NCBI GenBank assembly: GCA_963826885.1
Contig: CAWGYL010000007.1
Span: forward strand, 7,680 to 71,679
Direction of reading: 5' to 3'
From: Nitrospirota bacterium
GTDB lineage: Bacteria; Nitrospirota; UBA9217
DNA: 64,000 nt
Below, piece after piece: positions 31,277 through 39,444 of this stretch (position 1 is its first letter; each line of letters opens with the position of its first letter). The position numbers and the translations under genes were made by a program. Under the pieces are notes generated by a model. That model ran no database searches, was not told the DNA's origin, and was given only the letters and a program-made list of their open reading frames with translations.

Positions 31277-32584
31277 TTATGCGGCTGCTTTTTGTTCTAC
31301 GCGCTTTTCCAGTTTAAGGTATTTTGGGTCGAAGCACTCCTTTTTTTTCATCAGTGTCCAAGCAATAATCAAGAGCTTCGCGGCGAGCTTCACCCTCATT
31401 TTAGTACCAATCCCTTTTTCCTTCGCCCGTCCAGCAAGCTTATTCGTAAAATAGGGAATAAAGTCCTTGCTCTTAATCGAGGCAATGAACGCTGCCTGGT
31501 ATAACGCGCACCTCAGATCCGACTTGCCCTGTTTGGAGATGGTCGGCGTTGCCCTGTTTGACGTTTTTCCGCTTCTCTGTGCGCAAAGATCAAAACCCGC
31601 CAACCGCAAAACCTGTTTGCCGCTTGTAAAGCGGTGGGGATCGCCGATGGCTCCGAGGACCTTGGCGGAAACATCCGGCCCAAACCCAGGAATGCTCAAG
31701 AGGTACGTATACTCCGGAAACTCAAGACAGGCATTCTCAAGCTTGTCTTCAACCGCTTTGATCTCCTGCCTAACCTGTTTCAAACTGTCTACTGCAATCT
31801 GAGCTTCATGGAAGGCAGCCTCTCCCATGGTGCAGCCAACGGAATTGACCGCGGTCCTCCAAATCGCTCCCACCCTGCGTTCCCGAGCCAACGTCATTTT
31901 GCCTGGTGCTACGGTACGGCAGAAATCATCGTATTCCATGCCGGCGATAGCGGAAGGATCCAGACATTCCCGCACTACCGCCAGGGTCTCTGACGATCCA
32001 TAGTACGTATCCAACTCAGGGAAATACTGTGCAAGAATATGATTGCGAATATACGCGCTTATGCCGTGTTCCCGCTTCTTCAGTCGCCTCTTGAGTGCGT
32101 TTAGTACGCGCACGTTTTGAAGCGTCATCAAGGGATATTCATAAAACATACATTTTCCCTGGGCAATGAGATCAGCAATATTGGCCGAATCCTTGTCATC
32201 GTTTTTATCCCATCGACCGTTCAGAAGCTGCCGGTTGTTCTTTACTGCCATGCCGCCAACAAGAACGACCATCAGACCGCATTTGATCAGATGCTCCGCC
32301 AGGGGCTTGTGGTAGTCTGCCGTCGGCTCGATCCCGAAAACGACTTTCGGCAGACTGTATTGAATCTTGACGCGCTCCACATACGCATCCAGCTTTTCGA
32401 ATCCCTCGATTGTGTTGTCAATGACCACATTCTTTAAAAGCGTCTTGCCTTGCGCAGTACCAAAAAAAGCACGGTGCTTCTCTTTCGCCACATCAATCCC
32501 AATGATCAAATACTCTTCCGAACCACGAATTTCTTTCTTCAGTAACCGAAATTGCTCAAGTCTGATATCATCGATATAGTTCAT
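31277..32584 (-). mobile_element. IS110-family insertion sequence transposase (intact 435-aa ORF); IS ends not determined
   Basis: N-terminal DEDD/RuvC-like 'LIIGIDVAKEKH'. C-terminal 'IPGFGPDVSAKVLGAIGDPHRF...GKQVLRLAGFDLCAQRSGK' is typical of the IS110 family. Confidence 0.85.
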
Positions 32585-33083
32585 AGAAGCCTCCTGTCTC
32601 TTGAATTTAGTTCACCTATAAACTAATTCTTAGCAGGAGGTTTCTATTTTGGGTAGATTGAAAGTGCAATATCCCTTATGATTAAATGGGAAAGATTAAC
32701 CTCATGCTCTACCCATATATAACTATCCCGCAATTTCAAGAAATGGAAACAGTCATCGACTTCATCTTGAAGTCTGCAAAAGTTTCATTTTATCGAGTGT
32801 CAGTTTCAGCAGTAAATGCGACCAGGATTGCATTACGTCCCTGCACGCGGACCCTGTTATTATCAACCCTCAGTTATTCCACAAGAATCTTTAAACTTCT
32901 ATTTGACACGAAAACTGAATAAGTTTAAAATATTAGCTCACCATTGCAATGTATTTTCAGGCCCCCGTGGTACTATTACGGGGGCAGGTCACAAATACCA
33001 CGGGCTTTAGCTCGTGAGCAATTCATTTTACAAAGACCCCTATTTTTATTATATATTTTTCGCATCGCTTAATAACATGGTTA

Positions 33084-34160
33084 ATGCAGAAATCAATGAG
33101 ATTATCAGACTTTTCTAACGGACGGGATAATAATTTCAATCTTATTCGTATCGTTGCGGCCCTCGCTGTATTGGTGACCCACAGTTTCGCGTTGGCGTTA
33201 GGGACGGGGGATGCTGAGCCCTTTCGAAAAAGTCTTGGCATGTCCCTGGGAGATATGGCACTTGATGCGTTCTTTATCACAAGTGGTTTTCTGGTCACGG
33301 CCAGCTTGCTGAAGAAACAACGTATTACCGAATACTTTTGGGCAAGAGCGCTAAGAATATTCCCCGCCCTTTTACTGATGCTGTTGCTAACCGTTTTTCT
33401 GCTGGGCATATGCTTTACAACATGTTCAGTGTCAACCTACTTATCATCAGCCGAGACCTACATTTATTTTGCAAAATGCTTAACCCTCATCACAGGCGTG
33501 GCTTACAACTTGCCGGGGGTATTCGATAGCAACCCATTAAATAACATGGTTAATGGCTCGCTTTGGACGCTGCCCATCGAAGTAATAATGTACATAGTTT
33601 TGGCTCTTGGATGGTTTGCGTTGCAAAAAGTGCCAAAATTGCGGTCAACCGCATTTAAAATAGCTATCGTCTACTTTACTTTCGTGGCTGGAATTCACAT
33701 GCTTGTTCGTCACTTCTTTTTTCCTACTCCAAGCCTCTTTGAAAGACTTTCCTTCATGTTCTTTGCTGGTGCCACTTTTTACATCCTTAGAGCGCGCATT
33801 ATACTCATTCGGTGGCTGTTCTGGTTCTTTGTAATCAGCCTCTCGTTAGCAACAGTGAATAAGCATGTGTTCTTCGTAATCTACGTGTTTACCATTGCCT
33901 ACATTTTGCTTTATATTGCATACATTCCATCCGGACTGGTCCGAAAATACAACCAGTTGGGTGACTACTCATATGGTATTTATATCTATGCTTGGCCCGT
34001 ACAGCAATCGATTGCAGCTTTGATTCCGGGAGTCTCTGTTTCCCGCATGATAGTAATTTCTACTGTCGTGACCATCTCTTTGGCTGCCCTTTCATGGCAC
34101 TTTTTGGAGCAACGAGTCCTCAGCCTTAAAGCACTTTACATTCGCCAAACTAATAGTTAA
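33084..34160 (+). CDS. acyltransferase family 3 (OafA/YrhL-like) integral membrane O-acyltransferase
   Basis: 358 aa. 'NNFNLIRIVAALAVLVTHSF'. Multiple TM helices, 'DYSYGIYIYAWPVQQ'. Confidence 0.8.
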   Translation: MQKSMRLSDFSNGRDNNFNLIRIVAALAVLVTHSFALALGTGDAEPFRKSLGMSLGDMALDAFFITSGFLVTASLLKKQRITEYFWARALRIFPALLLMLLLTVFLLGICFTTCSVSTYLSSAETYIYFAKCLTLITGVAYNLPGVFDSNPLNNMVNGSLWTLPIEVIMYIVLALGWFALQKVPKLRSTAFKIAIVYFTFVAGIHMLVRHFFFPTPSLFERLSFMFFAGATFYILRARIILIRWLFWFFVISLSLATVNKHVFFVIYVFTIAYILLYIAYIPSGLVRKYNQLGDYSYGIYIYAWPVQQSIAALIPGVSVSRMIVISTVVTISLAALSWHFLEQRVLSLKALYIRQTNS

Positions 34161-34899
34161 CTTGCATTGTGCATAACAAACACATCCACGCGGACGCGCT
34201 TAAGCGCATCGGTTATGTTTGACGTTGTGTATGTTGTAGCGGGGAAAATAGCGAAATATCCGTTGACCGCCGTTACAAACTTGCGAAAGTCGAAGTAACA
34301 TGTAAAGTTCCTGATCAATGTATAACAATTCATGGCGACTTAAAAGTACTATCAAAGTGTACAAGTTCAGAAAGAAGCGATTTTCGTGAACTTCAGGATG
34401 AAGTCGATAATCGTTTCCATTTCTTGAAATTCCAGAATTGCAAGTGAAGCTCGTAATTTCCAAATCTTGCAACTGCTGTTTGCTTCAGGAAGTTGTTGTT
34501 GACTAAAACTATATTATAAAAATGTAAACTATAAACAGTATATGTGATCATCGACATACAATCATTTATCGTGGTCAGAATCGAACCGACATGGAGTTGC
34601 CCCCGGAGGATTTTGAGTCCTTTAACCCCCTTCAACGGCACTTCCCCTAAGTGTCGTTTTTTATGTGACAATCCTTTCTGAATCAAGAGTTATCTCGTTC
34701 AGGTATGTTGACAGGAGTTGGACGGAGGTGGTTAGTGTTTTGAATCCGTGGGCATAACTTTGGGCATAAGGGTAGCCTCAGAAAAAGACTGTTTGAGATT
34801 CTGTATCCGGAAATTGACTTAGTAATTTGCCAATTGACGCGAAACTGCATGGTCAAATAAAAAAGGGTTAGCTAATGATAGCCAACCCTTTATAATTCT

Positions 34900-34975
34900 T
34901 GGTGGAGCTGAGGGGGATCGAACCCCTGACCCCAAGACTGCCAGCCTTGTGCTCTCCCAGCTGAGCTACAGCCCC
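34900..34975 (-). tRNA. tRNA-Ala (GGC anticodon)
   Basis: Reverse complement is GGGGCTGTAGCTCAGCTGGGAGAGCACAAGGCTGGCAGTCTTGGGGTCAGGGGTTCGATCCCCCTCAGCTCCACCA. Has the G3:U70 Ala identity pair, anticodon GGC and a T loop TTCGATC. Followed by a terminator hairpin 34862-34895 plus a T run. Confidence 0.9.
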
Positions 34976-35051
34976 AAAAAATGTTCCACAACAAGGAAAT
35001 TAATTTAACATCACACCCTAATGTTGTCAAGAAAAAAGAAGGCAATTCCGA

Positions 35052-36326
35052 TTAATGCACTGAACAGGATATGCAGGGATCATAGGAGCGGACGAGCATC
35101 TGCGCGAGCAGCTCGATCATTCGATCATCGGCGCCCTGTGATGCATACCGGGCGGCAAGCTCGCTGAGATCGTGCTGAATGTTCGCATGGTTCTGGCTCG
35201 TGGGAATGACGCAGTCGCAGTTCAGGATTCTGCCTTCGCCATCGAACTCGTAGCAGTGATAGAGGATGCCCCGCGGCACTTCGACTACGCCGACGCCGAT
35301 GCCGCTTTTCGGGATCACCTGCTGTCGAGGTTCTTTCCAGGCCATGCCGGTGATTTCATCGATCAGATCCATAGACTCCATGACCACATGAACGCATTCG
35401 ACCAGCTGGGCTATGTTGTTCATGTAAGGGTTATGGTTAACCGGCGTGAGGCCGAAACTCTTTGCTATCTCACGCGCCGCGGGATGGAGGAAGGCAAAAT
35501 TATTATTGAGCCGGGCGAGCGCACCCACGGCAAAGGATTCGCGCGACAGGCGACTCCATTTTGAAGTTGACTGCTCGACCACATATTCGTTAGTCATGGC
35601 TTTGTATTCATGCTCCGGTTTCCTTACACCGTCGGATGAGATGAGGTCGCCGCCGATAAAAGGATAACTTCCGCCGCCCTTGAGGGAAACGAATTCAGTC
35701 TCCCGGACAAAATCCGGGATTGTAAAGGTTCGGAACTGTTCGGCGGTCCGTTTAAGATCTTCCGTGACCTCCTGCAGGCGAAGCTTGAACCGAATGAGTT
35801 CTTTTTTATCTGGCAGCATGGTGAAACCGCCCACAACGGTTCTGGTTGGATGGAGGCGACGACCGCCGACGCAGTCGCAAAGGTCGTTCGCGAGCAGCTT
35901 TAACCGCGCCGCGCGCTGCACCACATCGGGATGCGAGTCAATGAGCGGAAAAACACTGCCGGTGTTCAGGAAGTCGGGGGCGGCGAGAAAATAGAGATGG
36001 AGGACATGGCTTTGGAGCGTCTCCATGTGTTTAAGCAGCAAGCGAAGCTTGCGGGTCTGATCTAAGGGAATGATTCCGAAAGCATTTTCAACGGCCCTAA
36101 TGCTCGCCAGGGTATGGCCGATAGAGCAGATTCCGCAAATGCGGCCGCTGATCCAGGGGGCATTCTCCCATTTCTTGCCCACAAGCATTGCTTCGAAGAA
36201 ACGGGGCGTTTCGACCACATTCCAGCTTGCCTCTTCGAGTTTACCGTCCTTGATTGTGATCCGAATGTTACCGTGGCCTTCAACCCGGCTGATATGATGA
36301 ATATCGATGGTGCGCGTCAATTTCAT
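35052..36326 (-). CDS. hydA: [NiFe] hydrogenase large (alpha) subunit, group 3 (3b-type)
   Basis: 424 aa. N-terminal 'RICGICSIGH' (RxCGxCxxxH). C-terminal 'DPCISCSVH' (DPCxxCxxH) with no C-terminal extension. Confidence 0.9.
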   Translation of the reverse strand: MKLTRTIDIHHISRVEGHGNIRITIKDGKLEEASWNVVETPRFFEAMLVGKKWENAPWISGRICGICSIGHTLASIRAVENAFGIIPLDQTRKLRLLLKHMETLQSHVLHLYFLAAPDFLNTGSVFPLIDSHPDVVQRAARLKLLANDLCDCVGGRRLHPTRTVVGGFTMLPDKKELIRFKLRLQEVTEDLKRTAEQFRTFTIPDFVRETEFVSLKGGGSYPFIGGDLISSDGVRKPEHEYKAMTNEYVVEQSTSKWSRLSRESFAVGALARLNNNFAFLHPAAREIAKSFGLTPVNHNPYMNNIAQLVECVHVVMESMDLIDEITGMAWKEPRQQVIPKSGIGVGVVEVPRGILYHCYEFDGEGRILNCDCVIPTSQNHANIQHDLSELAARYASQGADDRMIELLAQMLVRSYDPCISCSVH

Positions 36327-36432
36327 GAAATACCTCTAGTTTTGTGACCACGGATGAACGCGGTAAATACATCACTGCTGCACAACGTGATCTCGATCCA
36401 GCCACATCAATCGATTGTGAAAAATACTCCTA

Positions 36433-37240
36433 TTATTTTACGTTTCTTCTCAGGTCGTCCGTGTGTTGCGCGAAACCGCCGAAGCATTCGAGTCGGTCGA
36501 GGATGGTCTCTTCCGAAAAACCATGCTCCTTCATGATCGTCTTCATCTGATCCACATTGGCGTCTTCGGCGGGTCCGCGGCAGCCCCAACATCCGAAGCG
36601 GCTGTTCGGGCACCAGGAATCGCATCCGCCCCGGGTAATCGGCCCCAGGCAGGGTTCGCCCAAGTCGAAGAGGCAGGCATTTTCGTTTGCCTTGCATTCC
36701 ATACAGACCGGATATTTTGGATGTACCACGGTCTTCCCGATCACGAGATTCGTCACGATTTTTTCGACTTCCTCCTTCTTTACCGGACAGCCATAAATTT
36801 TGAGGTCCAGGTTGACGAAGGCATCGAGCGGTTTTGCCGAATCGTTTGTATCGATGGGGAAATTGCCGTAGACCTGCTTTTTTACCCAGGCAGGATCTTT
36901 GAACCGGTTCCTGAGCTGGTTCACCCCGCCGAAACAGGCGCAGGAGCCGAAGGCAACGAGAACCTTCGCGTTCTTTCTGATGGCGGTAAGATGCCCGATT
37001 TCGTCGGCCCGCGTGACGCTTCCTTCGACAAAGGCGATGTCGTAGTTGTCGGTTTTTTTCCGTCATGGCTTCCCGGAAGTTAACAACGTTTATCAGGGAG
37101 AGAAAGTCGAGCAGCGAAGCTTCGTTATTAACGATCTGGAGCTGGCATCCTTCACAGGAGGAGAGCTCGAAGAAGGCGACATTAGGCCGTTCAACCGGGA
37201 TGCCGAGATAGGTTCGCTTATTAGTGCCCTGGTCAGTCAT
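36433..37240 (-). pseudogene. hydD: [NiFe] hydrogenase small (delta) subunit, interrupted by a -1/+2 frameshift in a T7/A7 homopolymer (37053-37059)
   Basis: N-terminal 'PNVAFFELSSCEGCQLQIVNNEASLLDFLSLINVVNFREAMTEK' is in one frame. 'KTDNYDIAFVEGSVTRADEIGHLTAIRKNAKV' then 'LVAFGSCACFGGVNQLRNRF...GCWGCRGP' is in another. The supplied 308-aa ORF is a K/R-rich out-of-frame artefact. Confidence 0.75.
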
Positions 37241-38178
37241 CAGATTGCCTCTTTCAAATTCATTACGGTCCAATAATCGAACACCGGACCGGATAGGCAG
37301 GTATAGGTGGAACCGACGTTGCAGCGGCAGCATTTCCCCATGCCGCAGTGCATCCGACGCTCGAGGGAGACGAACATCTTTTGCATAGGGACGCCGATCT
37401 CGCTGAGTATGTTGCAGACAAACTTGAACACGACTGGAGGACCGCAGACGATGGCGGAGGTGTTATGAATATAAGCCGCATCCTTACCGGCAATCACGGC
37501 TTCGAGTGCCTTCGTAATAACTCCCACCTGCCCTTTCCAGAGGGGGTCGGCTTTTTCCACGATGATAGAGAGCCCCATTTCGTCCCTGCGCCACATATCA
37601 TACTGATAGGTGAAAAGGAGCTGGGACGGAGTTTTGGTGCCGTAAATGATGTCCACGTGGCCGAAATGAGTCCGGTTTTCCTGTACATAGGCGATGGGAG
37701 AGCGAAGCGGAGCCAGTCCGAGCCCTCCGGCGATGAGCAGGATGTTCTGGCCGTGCATGTTTTCCATGGGGAAGCTGGTGCCGAAGGGACCGCGGATGCC
37801 GACATGCATGCCGCGGCTTGCTCGCGAAAGATAGTTGGTGAGGTTCCCGGCTTTGCGGATGCAAAGCTCGATGTCTTCGCGACTGCTGGGGGAGGAGGAA
37901 ATGCCGAAGGGCGCTTCGCCGATCCCTGGAACTTCCAGCATGACGAATTGCCCGGGATTGAAGGAAAACCGCTTCCGATCGTTCTGGTCGATGATCCTTA
38001 TGCGGTAGAGGTTTTCCGTGTCCGTGAGTCGAGACACTCTGGTGATCTCGGATTTGTAGGTGTATTCATACATGCCAAGGTCGTGCTTCCGGAAGTGTCT
38101 TCCCTGCGCATGCTTCTGGATGTCGACGTATTTCAAACGGGTGTCCAGATTAGACCTCCTCGCCGCGTACGCTGGCAA
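37240..38178 (-). CDS. hydG: hydrogenase gamma subunit: FAD/NAD(P)-binding oxidoreductase with [2Fe-2S] (PyrK/HydG-like)
   Basis: 'RVSRLTDTENLYRIRI...FNPGQFVMLEVPGIGEAPFGISSSP' (FAD). 'ILLIAGGLGLAPLRS' (NAD). C-terminal 'HCGMGKCCRCNVG...YTCLSGPVF'. Start may be the Met at 38073. Confidence 0.8.
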   Translation of the reverse strand: MPAYAARRSNLDTRLKYVDIQKHAQGRHFRKHDLGMYEYTYKSEITRVSRLTDTENLYRIRIIDQNDRKRFSFNPGQFVMLEVPGIGEAPFGISSSPSSREDIELCIRKAGNLTNYLSRASRGMHVGIRGPFGTSFPMENMHGQNILLIAGGLGLAPLRSPIAYVQENRTHFGHVDIIYGTKTPSQLLFTYQYDMWRRDEMGLSIIVEKADPLWKGQVGVITKALEAVIAGKDAAYIHNTSAIVCGPPVVFKFVCNILSEIGVPMQKMFVSLERRMHCGMGKCCRCNVGSTYTCLSGPVFDYWTVMNLKEAI

Positions 38179-39193
38179 TGACTTCCGGAACGGTTATGCC
38201 TGCGAGACAGGACTCGCCGCACCGGCCGCAGCCCACGCAGAGCGATTCCTCATAGGCTTCGACAAACCCTCGGTGTTTATGGTAGTACCGGTATTTGAGT
38301 CGTGTAGACCGCTCGAGTCTGAAATTATGTCCGCCGGCTACTTCGGCGAAGTCAATGACATTGCAGGAATAAAGGGTCTTCGTTTTTTTTGCCGCGCGCA
38401 GATTGACATTCACCGTCTCTTCAACGCCGTAACAGTAGCAGGTCGGGCAGACGTTGGCGCAGGTGCCGCAGCCCAGGCATTTATCGCCCCACTGTTTCCA
38501 AACCGGGGACTGAAATTCCATGTCGAGAATTTTAGTCAGGTCCGTTGTGTCCACCCGTGCAGCAAACATCTCGTTCTTTTCAGAAACGATCTTCATATAA
38601 TGAAGATTGTCGGACTCTTCGGGAGCCCGTGTTTTGACACTCTGCAGAAAATTGTAGGCATCGGCGGAAAGTATTTCCACGAAATACCGGCTTCCAATGT
38701 CCGTGAGGAACATATCGAAGCCGTGGAGTGCAGTATCAGAACCCATGGATCGGCAGAAGCAGAAAGGCTGCGGACGGCACCCCACGCCGATGATGAACAT
38801 GTTTTTTCGCTTGGCTGCGTAATGGGGCATGGGATAGACATTGCCCAGAAGCACCTTGTCGAGTTTGTTCAGTGCGTTGATATCGCAGGCGTGAAGACCG
38901 AGGAACACCGTTGCTTTGTCGCAATTGAAGTCTACGGTTTTATGCCAGTCGTCACCGTCGATCTTGAATACAGCCAGGTCTTCCTTGAAAGGGAGAAAAT
39001 ACCGCTTCGCAGGCAACTTTGTCGTCGTATAGTCCAAGCGCACCCTGGCGAAATCAGAGACCTGTTCAAAGGCATAGAGCGGCTTTCCCTTCCGGTCAAT
39101 GCCTGATTCCACGGGCCCAACGATCGCATTGTTTGCGGACAAATGATCGAAAAATTTGACCAGTTCTTCTTTGTCTAGCACTCTGAATATCAT
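38150..39193 (-). CDS. hydB: hydrogenase beta subunit (4Fe-4S dicluster protein, AsrA/HydB-like)
   Basis: 347 aa. 'CLGCGTCANVCPTCYC' and 'CVGCGRCGESC' ferredoxin motifs. 'LGLHACDI'. Confidence 0.75.
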   Translation of the reverse strand: MIFRVLDKEELVKFFDHLSANNAIVGPVESGIDRKGKPLYAFEQVSDFARVRLDYTTTKLPAKRYFLPFKEDLAVFKIDGDDWHKTVDFNCDKATVFLGLHACDINALNKLDKVLLGNVYPMPHYAAKRKNMFIIGVGCRPQPFCFCRSMGSDTALHGFDMFLTDIGSRYFVEILSADAYNFLQSVKTRAPEESDNLHYMKIVSEKNEMFAARVDTTDLTKILDMEFQSPVWKQWGDKCLGCGTCANVCPTCYCYGVEETVNVNLRAAKKTKTLYSCNVIDFAEVAGGHNFRLERSTRLKYRYYHKHRGFVEAYEESLCVGCGRCGESCLAGITVPEVIASVRGEEV

Positions 39194-39444
39194 AGTTTCT
39201 TTTTTCCCGATCCTGGTGAAGACGGGCGCCCTTTCGCCCGGATCATCGGAATTATCGAGAACATCCTTGTAAGCTACAGGGCCTGTATTTTATACTATCT
39301 TGGATTATAACACAGATATTCGAAGGATACGGGTTGTCGAGAGACACACCTGAAATCATGGATAGAGAACCGGGAGCAAACGGAAATACAAGAAATATCC
39401 GATTCCGCTGGAAAAATTGGTAAAAATGTATATAATATATTTCT

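Noticed and set aside
34545-34640. tRNA-like T-arm (GGTTCGATTCTGACC) and possible anticodon stem-loop
   Set aside because: No complementary acceptor stem and no 3' CCA context. At most a degenerate tRNA fragment, not a gene.
36407-37333. 308-aa Lys/Arg-rich ORF
   Set aside because: It is an out-of-frame artefact spanning the frameshifted hydrogenase small-subunit gene.
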